64,000 nt of DNA from Eledone cirrhosa (lineage: Eukaryota). Below the pieces are notes generated by a model that was not told where the DNA came from, ran no database searches, and saw only the letters and a list, made by a program, of their open reading frames with translations. How positions within the stretch are numbered: the stretch's first letter is position 1; each line of letters starts with the position of its first letter. A program made the translations under genes and the position numbers. The DNA is taken from positions 4,526,001 through 4,590,000 of the forward strand of contig OZ024741.1 of NCBI GenBank assembly GCA_964016885.1, written 5' to 3'. Below are positions 15,301 through 30,600 of the stretch, piece by piece.

Positions 15301-18300
15301 AGACACCATACTACCAATCTAGGACACTATACTACCAATCTAGGACACTATCCTACCAATCTAAGTCACCATATAACCAATCTAAGACATCAGACTACCA
15401 ATCTAAGACACTATACTACCAATCTAAGACACTATACTACCAATCTAAGACACACTACTACCAATCTAAGACACTATACTACCAATTTAAGACACTATAC
15501 TACCAATCTAGGACACTATGCTACCAATCTAAGACACCATACTACCAATCAAAGACACTATACTACCAATCTAAGACACCATGCTACCAATCTAAGACAC
15601 CATGCTACCAATCTAAGACACCATGCTACCAATCTAAGACACACTACTACCAATCTAAGACACTATACTACCAATCTAAGACACTATACTACCAATCTAG
15701 GACACTATGCTACCAATCTAAGACACCATACTACCAATCAAAGACACTATACTACCAATCTAAGACACTATACTACCAATCTAAGACACTATACTACCAA
15801 TCTAAGACATTATACTACCAATCTAAGACACGATACTACCAATATAAGACACCATACTACCAATCTAAGACACTATACTACCAATCTAGGACACTATACT
15901 ACCAATCTAAGACACTATACTACCAATCTAAGACATGATACTACCAATCTAAGACACCATACTACCAATCAAAGACACTATACTACCAATCTAGGACACT
16001 ATACTACCAATCTAGGACACTATACTACCAATCTAAGACACTATACTACCAATCTAAGACACTATAAAACCAATCTAAGACACGATACTACCACTCTAGG
16101 ACACTATACTACCAATCCAAGACACCATACTACCGATCTAAGACACTATACTACCAATCCAAGACACTATACTACCGATCTAAGACACCTTACTACCAAT
16201 CTAAGACACCATACTACCAATCTAAGACGCTATACTACCAATCTAAGACACCATACTACCAATCTAAGACACCATACTACCAATCTAAGACACCATACTA
16301 CCAATCTAAGACACCATACTACCAATCTAAGGCACCATACTACCAATCTAAGACACCATACTACCAATCTAAGACACCATGCTACCAATCTAAGACACCA
16401 TACTACCAATCTAAGACACCATACTACCAATCTAGGACACTATACTACCAATCTAGGACACCATACTACCACTCTAAGACACTATACTACCAATCTATGA
16501 CACTATACTACCAATCTAAGACACTATACTACCAATCTAAGACACTATACTACCAATCTAAGACACTATACTACCAATCTAAGACACTATACTACCAATC
16601 TAAGACACTATACTACCAATCTAAGACACTATACTACCAATCCAAGACTCCATACTACCAATCCAAGACACCATACTACCAATCTAAGACACTATACTAC
16701 CAATCCAAGACACTATACTACCAATCCAAGACTCCTTACTACCAATCTAAGACACCATACTACCAATCTAAGACACTATACTACCAATCTAAGACACCAT
16801 ACTACCAATCTAAGACACCATACTACCAATCTAAGACACCATACTACCAATCTAAGACACCATACTACCAATCTAAGACACCATACTACCAATCTAAGAC
16901 ACCATACTACCAATCTAAGACACCATACTACCAATCTAGGACACTGTACTACCAATCTAAGACTCCATACTACCAATCTAAGACACCATACTACCAATCT
17001 AGGACACTATACTACCAATCTAAGACTCCATACTACCAATCTAAGACACGATACTACCAATCTAAGACACTATACTACCAATCTAAGACAACATGCTACC
17101 AATCTAAGACACACTACTACCAATCTAAGACACTATACTACCAATTTAAGACACTATACTACCAATCTAGGACACTATGCTACCAATCTAAGACACTATA
17201 CTACCAATCTAGGACACTATGCTACCAATCTAAGACACCATACTACCAATCTAAGACACCATACTACCAATCAAAGACACTATACTACCAATCTAAGACA
17301 CCATGCTACCAATCTAAGACACCATGCTACCAATCTAAGACACACTACTACCAATCTAAGACACTATACTACCAATCTAAGACACTATACTACCAATCTA
17401 GGACACTATGCTACCAATCTAAGACACCATACTACCAATCAAAGACACTATACTACCAATCTAAGACACTATACTACCAATCTAAGACACTATACTACCA
17501 ATCTAAGACACTATACTACCAATCTAAGACACGATACTACCAATCTAAGACACCATACTACCAATCTAAGACACTATACTACCAATCTAGGACACTATAC
17601 TACCAATCTAAGACACTATACTACCAATCTAAGACATGATACTACCAATCTAAGACACCATACTACCAATCAAAGACACTATACTACCAATCTAGGACAC
17701 TATACTACCAATCTAGGACACTATACTACCAATCTAAGACACTATACTACCAATCTAAGACACTATAAAACCAATCTAAGACACGATACTACCACTCTAG
17801 GACACTATACTACCAACCCAAGACACCATACTACCGATCTAAGACACTATACTACCAATCCAAGACACTATACTACCGATCTAAGACACCTTACTACCAA
17901 TCTAAGACACCATACTACCAATCTAAGACGCTATACTACCAATCTAAGACACCATACTACCAATCTAAGACACCATACTACCAATCTAAGACACCATACT
18001 ACCAATCTAAGACACCATACTACCAATCTAAGACACCATACTACCAATCTAAGGCACCATACTACCAATCTAAGACACCATACTACCAATCTAAGACACC
18101 ATGCTACCAATCTAAGACACCATACTACCAATCTAAGACACCATACTACCAATCTAGGACACTATACTACCAATCTAAGACTCCATACTACCAATCTAAG
18201 ACTCCATACTACCAATCTAAGACACCATGCTACCAATCTAAGACACCATGCTACCAATCTAAGACACACTACTACCAATCTAAGACACACTACTACCAAT

Positions 18301-18600
18301 CTAAGACACTATACTACCAATCTAAGACACCATGCTACCAATCTAAGACACTATACTACCAATCTAAGACACTATTCTACCAATCTAAGACACTATACTA
18401 CCAATCTAAGACACTATACTACCAATCTAAGACACGATACTACCAAGCTAAGACACCATACTACCAATCTAGGACACTATACTACCAATCTAGGACACTA
18501 TCCTACCAATCTAAGTCACCATATAACCAATCTAAGACATCAGACTACCAATCTAAGACACTATACTACCAATCTAAGACACTATACTACCAATCTAAGA
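12340..18600. repeat. Tandem duplication of a ~3.13-3.17 kb higher-order unit (149-151 monomers)
   Basis: Offsets of 3129 (ORFs 13101/16230 and 13368/16497; AATATAAG ~12712/15841) and 3171 (rare CCAACCCAAG ~14642/17813). The junction is near 15440. Confidence 0.8.
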
Positions 18601-21600
18601 CACTATACTACCAATCTAAGACACTATACTACCAATCTAAGACACGATACTACCAATCTAAGACACCATACTACCACTCTAGGACACTATACTACCAATC
18701 CAAGACACCATACTACCAATCTAAGACACTATACTACCAATCTAAGACACTATACTACCAATCTAGGACACTATACTACCAATCTAAGACACCATACTAC
18801 CACTCTAGGACACTATACTACCAATCCAAGACACCATACTACCAATCCAAGACACCTTACTACCAATCTAAGACACCATACTACCAATCTAAGACACTAT
18901 TCTACCAATCTAAGACACCATACTACCAATCTAAGACACTATACTACCAATCCAAGACACCATACTACCAAGCTAAGACACCATACTACCAATCTAGGAC
19001 ACTATACTACCAATCTAGGACACCATACTACCACTCTAAGACACTATACTACCAATCTAAGATACTATACTACCAATCTAAGACACTATACTACCAATCT
19101 AAGACACTATACTACCAATCTAAGACACTATACTACCAATCTAAGACACTATACTACCAATCTAAGACACTATACTACCAATCCAAGACACCATACTACC
19201 AATCCAAGACACCATACTACCAATCTAAGACACTATACTACCAATCCAAGACACTATACTACCAATCCAAGACACCTTACTACCAATCTAAGACACCATA
19301 CTACCAATCTAGGACACTATGCTACCAATCTAAGACACCATACTACCAATCTAAGACACCATACTACCAATCTAAGACACCATACTACCAATCTAAGACA
19401 CCATACTACCAATCTAAGACACCATACTACCAATCTAAGACACCATACTACCAATCTAAGACACCATACTACCAATCTAAGACACCATACTACCAATCTA
19501 GGACACTGTACTACCAATCTAAGACTCCATACTACCAATCTAAGACACCATACTACCAATCTAGGACACTATACTACCAATCTAAGACTCCATACTACCA
19601 ATCTAAGACACGATACTACCAATCTAAGACACTATACTACCAATCTAAGACACCATGCTACCAATCTAAGACACACTACTACCAATCTAAGACACTATAC
19701 TACCAATTTAAGACACTATACTACCAATTTAAGACACTATACTACCAATCTAGGACACTATGCTACCAATCTAAGACACCATACTACCAATCAAAGACAC
19801 CATACTACCAATCAAAGACACTATACTACCAATCTAAGACACTATACTACCAATCTAAGACACTATACTACCAATCTAAGACACTATACTACCAATCTAA
19901 GACACTATACTACCAATCTAAGACACGATACTACCAATCTAAGACACCATACTACCAATCTAAGACACCATACTACCAATCTAAGACACTATACTACCAA
20001 TCTAGGACACTATACTACCGATCTAGGACACTATACTACCAATCTAAGACACCATACTACCAATCAAAGACACTATACTACCAATCTAAGACACTATACT
20101 ACCAATCTAGGACACTATACTACCAATCTAAGACACGATACTACCAATCTAAGACACCATACTACCAATCTAAGACACCATACTACCACTCTAAGACACT
20201 ATACTACCACTCTAAGACACTACACTACCAATCTAAGACACTATACTACCACTCTAAGACACCATACTACCAATCTAAGACATTATACTACCAATCTAAG
20301 ACACTATACTATCAATCGAAGACACAATACTACCAATCTAAGACACCATACTACCAATCTAAGACAGCATACTACCAATCTAAGACACCATACTACCAAT
20401 CTAGGACACTATACTATCAATCTAAGACAATACTACCAATCTAAGACACTATACTACCGAGCTAAGACACTATACTACCAATCTAAGACAAGACACTACC
20501 AATCTAAGACACCATTCTCCCAATCTAAGACACGATACTACCAATCTAAGACACCATACTACCAATCTAAGACACGATGTTACCAATCTAAGACACGATA
20601 CTACCACTCTAAGACACCATACTACCAATCTAAGACACGATACTACCAATTTAAGATACTATACTACCAATCTAAGACACTATACTACCAATCTAAGATA
20701 CTATACTACCAATCTAAGACACTATACTACCAATCTAAGACACCATACTACCAATCTAAGACACCATACTACCAATCTAAGACACCATACTACCAATCTA
20801 AGACACTATGCTACCAATCTAAGACACTATGCTACCAATCTAAGACACTATGCTACCAATTTAAGATACTATACTACCAATCTAAGACACTATACTACCA
20901 CTCAAAGACACTATACTACCAATCTAAGACACTATACTACCAATCTAGGACACTATGCTACCAATCTAAGACATGATACTACCAATATAAGACACCATAC
21001 TACCAATCTAAGACACCATACTACCACTCTAAGACACCATACTACCAATCTAAGACACGATACTACCAATCTAAGATACTATTCTACCAATCTAAAACAC
21101 TATACTACCAATCTAAGACACTATACTACCAATCTAAGCCGCGATACTACCAATCTAAGACACTATACTACCAATCTAAGCCGCGATACTACCAATCTAA
21201 GACGCGATACTACCAATCTAAGACACCATACTACCAATCTAAGACACCATACTACCAACCTAAGACACTATACTACCAATCTAGGACACCATACTACCAA
21301 TCTAAGACACCATACTACCAATCTAAGACACCATACTACCAATCTAAGACACCATACTACCAATCTAAGACACCATACTACCAATCTAAGACACCATACT
21401 ACCAATCTAAGACACCATACTACCAATCTAAGACACTATACTACCAATCTAAGACGCGATACTACCAATCTAAGACACCATACTACCAATCTAAGATACT
21501 ATACTACCAATCTAAGACACTATACTACCAATCTAGGACACCATACTACCAATCTAAGACACGATACTACCAATCTAAGATACTATACTACCAATCTAAG

Positions 21601-24600
21601 ACACTATACTACCAATCTAAGACGCGATACTACCAATCTAAGACGCGATACTACCAATCTAAGACGCGATACTACCAATCTAAGACGCGATACTACCAAT
21701 CTAAGACAACATACTACCAATCTAAGACACCATACTACAAATCTAGGACACTATCCTACCAATCTAAGTCACCATATAACCAATCTAAGACATCAGATTA
21801 CCAATCTAAGACACTATACTACCAATCTAAGATACTATACTACCAATCTAAGACACCATACTACCAATCTAAGACGCGATACTACCAATCTAAGACAGAA
21901 TACTCCCAATCTAAGACACTATACTACCAATCTAGGACACTATACTACCAATCTAGGACACTATCCGACCAATCTAAGTCACCATATAACCAATCTAACA
22001 CATCAGACTACCAATCTAAGACAATATACTACCAATCTAAGACACTATACTACCAATCTAAGACACGATACTACCAATCTAAGACACCATACTACCAATC
22101 TAGGACACTATACTACCAATCTAAGACACGATACTACCAATCTAAGACACCATGCTACCAATCTAGGACACTATACTACCAATCTAGGACACTATACTAC
22201 CAATCTAAGACACTATACTACCAATCTAAGACACTATACTACCAATCTAAGACACTATACTACCAATCTAAGACACGATACTACCATTCTAAGACACCAT
22301 ACTACCAATCTAAGACACCATACTACCAATCTAGGACACTGTACTACCAATCTAAGACTCCATACTACCAATCTAAGACACCATACTACCAATCTAGGAC
22401 ACTATACTACCAATCTAAGACTCCATACTACCAATCTAAGACACGATACTACCAATCTAAGACACCATACTACCAATCTCAGACACTATACTACCAATCT
22501 AGGACACTATACTACCAATCTAGGACACTATACTACCAATCTAAGACATGATACTACCAATCTAAGACACCATACTACCAATCTAAGACATTATACTACC
22601 AATCTAAGACACTATACTATCAATCGAAGACAATACTACCAATCTAAGACCCCATACTACCAATCTAAGACACCATACTACCAATCTAAGACACCATACT
22701 ACCAATCTAGGACACTATACTATCAATCTAAGACAATACTACCAATCTAAGACAATACTACCAATCTAAGACAATACTACCAATCTAAGACACTATACTA
22801 CCGATCTAAGACACTATACTACCAATCTAAGACAAGACACTACCAATCTGAGACACCATTCTCCAAATCTAAGACACCATACTACCAATCTAAGACACGA
22901 TACTACCAATCTAAGACACGATACTACCAATCTAAGACACGATACTACCAATCTAAGATACTATACTACCAATCTAAGACACTATACTACCAATCTAAGA
23001 CACTATACTACCAATCTAAGACACTATACTACCAATCTAAGACACTATACTACCAATCTAAGACACTATACTACCAATCTAAGACACGATACTACCAATC
23101 TAAGACACCATGCTACCAATCTAGGACACTATACTACCAATGTAGGACACTATACTACCAATCTAAGACACTATACTACCAATCGAAGACACCATACTAC
23201 CAATCTAAGACATTATACTACCAATCTAAGACACCATGCTACCAATCTAGGACACCATGCTACCAATCTAGGACACTATACTACCAATCTAAGACACTAT
23301 ACTACCAATCTAAGACACTATACTACCAATCTAAGACACTATACTACCAATCTAAGACACCATACTACCAATCTAGGACACTATACTACCAATCTAAGAC
23401 ACCATACTACCACTCTAAGACACTATACTACCAATCTAAGACATCATACTACCAATCTAGGACACTATACTATCAATCTAAGACAATACTACCAATCTAA
23501 GACACTATACTACCGATCTAAGACACTATACTACCAATCTAAGACAAGACACTACCAATCTAAGACACCATTCTCCCAATCTAGACACGATACTACCAAT
23601 CTAAGACACGATACTACCAATCTAAGACACCATACTACCACTCTAAGACACGATACTACCACTCTAAGACACCATACTACCAATCTAAGATACTATACTA
23701 CCAATCTAAGACACTATACTACCAATCTAAGATACTATACTACCAATCTAAGACACTATACTACCAATCTAAGACACCATACTACCAATCTAAGACACCA
23801 TACTACCAATCTAAGACACTATACTACCACTCAAAGACACTATACTACCACTCAAAGACACTATACTACCAATCTAAGACACTATACTACCAATCTAGGA
23901 CACTATGCTACCAATCTAAGACATGATACTACCAATATAAGACACCATACTACCAATCTAAGACACCATACTACCACTCTAAGACACTATACTACCAATC
24001 TAAGACGCGATACTACCAATCTAAGACACAATACTACCAATCTAAGACACAATACTACCAATCTAAGACACCATACTACCAATCTAAGACACTATACTAC
24101 CAATCTAAGACGCGATACTACCAATCTAAGACACCATACTACCAATCTAAGACACCATACTACCAATCTAAGATACTATACTACCAATCTAAGACACTAT
24201 ACTACCAATCTAGGACAACATATTACCAATCTAAGACACCATACTACCAATCTAAGACACCATACTACCAATCTAAGACACCATACTACCAATCTAAGAC
24301 ACCATACTACCAATCTAAGACACCATACTACCAATCTAAGACACCATACTACCAATCTAAGACACTATACTACCAATCTAAGACGCGATACTACCAATCT
24401 AAGACACCATACTACCAATCTAAGATACTATACTACCAATCTAAGACACTATACTACCAATCTAAGACGCGATACTACCAATCTAAGACAACATACTACC
24501 AATCTAAGACAACATACTACCAATCTAAGACACCATACTACCAATCTACGACACTATCCTACCAATCTAAGTCACCATATAACCAATCTAAGACATCAAA

Positions 24601-27600
24601 CTACCAATCTAAGACACTATACTACCAATCTAAGACACTATACTACCAATCTAAGACACTATACTACCAATCTAAGACGCGATACTACCAAGCTAAGACA
24701 CCATACTACCAATCTAGGACACTATACTACCAATCTAAGACACGATACTACCAATCTAAGACACGATACTACCAATCTAAGACACCATGCTACCAATCTA
24801 GGACACTATACTACCAATCTAGGACACTATACTAACAATCTAAGACACTATACTACCAATCTAAGACACTATACTACCAATCTAAGACACGATACTACCA
24901 AGCTAAGACACCATACTACCAATCTAGGACACCATACTACCAATCTAGGACACTATACTACCACTCTAAGACACTATACTACCACTCTAAGACACTATAC
25001 TACCAATCTAAGACACTATACTACCAATCTAAGACACTATACTACCAATCTAAGACACTATACTACCAATCTAAGACACTATACTACCAATCTAAGACAC
25101 AATACTATCACTCTAGGACACTATACTACCAATCCAAGACACCATACTACCAATCTAAGACACTATACTACCAATCCAAGACACTATACTACCAATCCAA
25201 GACACCTTACTACCAATCTAAGACACCATACTACCAATCTAAGATACCATACTACCAATCTAAGACACCATACTACCAATCGAAGACACCATGCTACCAA
25301 TCTAAGACACCATGCTACCAATCTAAGACACCATGCTACCAATCTAAGACACCATACTACCAATCTAGGACACCATACTACCAATCTAGGACACCATACT
25401 ACCAATCTAGGACACCATACTACCAATCTAGGACACTATACTACCAATCTAAGGCTCCATACTACCAATCTAAGACACGATACTACCAATCTAAGACACG
25501 ATACTACCAATCTAAGACACGATACTACCAATCTAAGACACTATACTACCAATCTAAGACACCATGCTACCAATCTAAGACACACTACTACCAATCTAAG
25601 ACACTATACTACCAATCTAAGACACCATACTACCAATCTAAGACACTATACTACCAATCTAGGACACTATACTACCAATCTAGGACACTATACTACCAAT
25701 CTAAGACACTATACTACCAATCTAAGACACCATACTACCAATCTAAGACACCATACTACCAATCTAAGACACCATACTACCAATCTAAGATACTATACTA
25801 CCAATCTAAGACACTATACTACAAATCTAGGACAACATATTACCAATCTAAGACACCATACTACCAATCTAAGACACCATACTACCAATCTAAGACACCA
25901 TACTACCAATCTAAGACACCATACTACCAATCTAAGACACTATACTACCAATCTAAGACGCGATACTACCAATCTAAGACACCATACTACCAATCTAAGA
26001 TACTATACTACCAATCTAAGATACTATACTACCAATCTAAGACACTATACTACCAATCTAGGACACCATACCAATCTAAGACACGATACTACCAATCTAA
26101 GATACTATACTACCAATCTAAGACACTATACTACCAATCTAAGACGCGATACTACCAATCTAAGACAACATACTACCAATCTAAGACAACATACTACCAA
26201 TCTAAGACACCATACTACCAATCTAGGACACTATCCTACCAATCTAAGTCACCATATAACCAATCTAAGACATCAAACTACCAATCTAAGACACTATACT
26301 ACCAATCTAAGACACTATACTACCAATCTAAGACACTATACTACCAATCTAAGACACGATACTACCAAGCTAAGACACCATACTACCAATCTAGGACACT
26401 ATACTACCACTCTAAGACACTATACTACCACTCTAAGACACTATACTACCAATCTAAGACACTATACTACCAATCTAAGACACTATACTACCAATCTAAG
26501 ACACTATACTACCAATCTAAGACACTATACTACCAATCTAAGACACAATAGTATCACTCTAGGACACTATACTACCAATCCAAGACACCATACTACCAAT
26601 CTAAGACACTATACTACCAATCCAAGACACTATACTACCAATCCAAGACACCTTACTACCAATCTAAGACACCATACTACCAATCTAAGACATTATACTC
26701 CCAATCTAAGACACCATACTACCAATCTAAGACACCATACTACCAATCTAAGACACCATACTACCAATCTAAGATACCATACTACCAATCTAAGACACCA
26801 TGCTACCAATCTAAGACACCATACTACCAATCTAAGACACCATACTACCAATCTAGGACACCATACTACCAATCTAGGACACTATACTACCAATCTAAGA
26901 CTCCATACTACCAATCTAAGACACGATACTACCAATCTAAGACACGATACTACCAATCTAAGACACTATACTACCAATCTAAGACACCATGCTACCAATC
27001 TAAGACACACTACTACCAATCTAAGACACTATACTACCAATCTAAGACACCATACTACCAATCTGAGACACTATACGACCAATCTAGGACACTATACTAC
27101 CAATCTAGGACACTATACTACCAATCTAAGACATGATACTACCAATCTAAGACACCATACTACCAATCAAAGACACTATACTACCAATCTAAGACACCAT
27201 ACTACCAATCTAAGACACCATACTACCAATCTAAGACACGATACTACCAATCTAAGACACTATACAACCAATCTAAGACACCATGCTACCAATCTAAGAC
27301 ACACTACTACCAATCTAAGACACTATACTACCAATCTAAGACACTATACTACCAATCTAGGATACTATGCTACCAATCTAAGACACCATACTACCAATCA
27401 AAGACACTATACTACCAATCTAAGACACTATACTACCAATCTAAGACACTATACTACCAATCTAAGACACTATACTACCAATCTAAGACACGATACTACC
27501 AATCAAAGACACGATACTACCAATCTAAGACACAATACTACCAATCTAGGACACTATACTACCAATCTAGGACACTATACTACCAATCTAAGACACCATA

Positions 27601-30600
27601 CTACCAATCAAAGACACTATACTACCAATCTAAGACACTATACTACCAATCTAGGACACTATACTACCAATCTAAGACACGATACTACCAATCTAAGACA
27701 CCATACTACCAATCTAAGACACTATACTACCAATCTAAGACACTATACTACCAATCTAAGACACTATACTACCACTCTAAGACACTACACTACCACTCTA
27801 AGACACTACACTACCACTCTAAGACACTACACTACCACTCTAAGACACTATACTACCAATCTAAGACATTATACTACCAATTTAAGACACTATACTACCA
27901 ATCTAAGACACAATACTACCAATCTAAGACACCATACTACCAATCTAAGACACCATACTACCAATCTAAGACACCATACTACCAATCTAAGACACCATAC
28001 TACCAATCTAAGACACCATACTACCAATCTAAGACACCATACTACCAACCTAAGACACCATACTACCAATCTAGGACACTATACTATCAATCTAAGACAA
28101 TACTACCAATCTAAGACACTATACTACCGATCTAAGACACTATACTACCAATCTAAGACAAGACACTACCAATCTAAGACACCATTCTCCAAATCTAAGA
28201 CACGATACTACCAATCTAAGACACCATACTACCAATCTAAGACACGATACTACCAATCTAAGACACGATACTACCAATCTAAGACACTATACTACCAATC
28301 TAAGACACTATACTACCAATCTAAGACACTATACTACCAATCTGAGACACTATACTACCAATCTAAGACACTATACTACCAAGCTAAGACACGATACTAC
28401 CAAGCTAAGACACCATACTACCAATCTAAGACACCATACTACCACTCTAAGACACTATACTACCAATCTAAGACACTATACTACCAATCTAAGACACTAT
28501 ACTACCAATCTAAGACACTATACTACCAATCTAAGACACGATACTATCACTCTAGGACACCATACTACCAATCTAAGACACCATACTACCAATCTAAGAC
28601 ACCATACTACCAATGTAAGACATTATACTACCAATCTAAGACACCATTCTACCAATCTAAGATACCATACTACCAATCTAAGACACCATACTACCAATCG
28701 AAGACACCATGCTACCAATCTAAGACACCATACTACCAATCTAAGACACCATACTACCAATCTACGACACTATACTACCAATCTAAGACTCCATACTACC
28801 AATCTAAGACACGATACTACCAATCTAAGACACTATACTACCAATATAAGACACCATGCTACCAATCTAAGACACACTACTACCAATCTAAGACACCATA
28901 CTACCAATCTAAGACACGATACTACCAAGCTAAGACACCATACTACCTATCTAGGACACTATACTACCAATCTAAGACACCATACTACCACTCTAAGACA
29001 CTATACTACCAATCTAAGACACTATACTACCAATCTAAGACACCATACTACCAATCTAAGACACCATACTACCAATCTAAGACACCATACTACCAATCTA
29101 AGACATGATACTACCAATCTAAGACATTATACTACCAATCTAAGACACCATACTACCAATCTAAGATACCATACTACCAATCTAAGACACCATACTACCA
29201 ATCTAAGACACCATACTACCAATCGAAGACACCATGCTACCAATCTAAGACACCATACTACCAATCTAAGACACCATACTACCAATCTAAGACACCATAC
29301 TACCAATCTAGGACACTATACTACCAATCTAAGACTCCATACTACCAATCTAAGACACGATACTACCAATCTAAGACACTATACTACCAATATAAGACAC
29401 CATGCTACTAATCTAAGACACACTACTACCAATCTAAGACACCATACTACCAATCTAAGACACCATACTACCAATCTAGGACACCATACTACCAATCTAG
29501 GACACTATACTACCAATCTAAGACTCCATACTACCAATCTAAGACACGATACTACCAATCTAAGACACGATACTACCAATCTAAGACACTATACTACCAA
29601 TCTAAGACACCATGCTACCAATCTAAGACACACTACTACCAATCTAAGACACTATACTACCAATCTAAGACACCATACTACCAATCTAAGACACTATACT
29701 ACCAATCTAGGACACTATGCTACCAATCTAGGACACTATACTACCAATCTAAGACATGATACTACCAATCGAAGACACCATACTACCAATCAAAGACACT
29801 ATACTACCAATCTAAGACACCATACTACCAATCTAAGACACGATACTACCAATCTAAGACACGATACTACCAATCTAAGACACTATACTACCAATCTAAG
29901 ACACTATACTACCAATCTAAGACACTATACTACCAATCTAAGACACCATGCTACCAATCTAAGACACTATACTACCAATCTAAGACACTATACTACCAAT
30001 CTAAGACACGATACTACCAATCTAAGACACGATACTACCAATCTAAGACACGATACTACCAATCTAAGACACCATACTACCAATCTAAGACACTATACTA
30101 CCAATCTAGGACACTATACTACCAATCTAGGACACTATACTACCAATCTAAGACATGATACTACCAATCTAAGACACCATACTACCAATCAAAGACACTA
30201 TACTACCAATCTAAGACACTATACTACCAATCTAAGACACTATACTACCAATCTAAGACACTATACTACCAATCTAAGACACGATACTACCAATCTAAGA
30301 CACCATACTACCAATCTAAGACACTATACTACCAATCTAAGACACTATACTACCAATCTAAGACACTATACTACCACTCTAAGACACTACACTACCAATC
30401 TAAGACACTATACTACCACTCTAAGACACCATACTACCAATCTAAGACATTATACTACCAATCTAAGACACTATACTACCAATCTAAGACAAGACACTAC
30501 CAATCTAAGACACCATTCTCCAAATCTAAGACACGATACTACCAATCTAAGACACGATACTACCAATCTAAGACACCATACTACCAATCTAAGACACGAT

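Larger units (their letters stand above)
1..20200. repeat. Sub-domain A: homogeneous, nearly indel-free block of the array
   Basis: Small recurrent variant set. The marker TATAAAACC (~1049, 3107, 4661, 5942, 7580, 9176, 12934, 14593, 16063, 17764) was not seen later. The only indel I noticed is a 1-bp loss at ~11081. Confidence 0.75.

Noticed and set aside
1049-17772. TATAAAA next to CCAAT as promoters
   Set aside because: This is a two-base monomer variant copied by duplication, with no downstream gene or transcript evidence.
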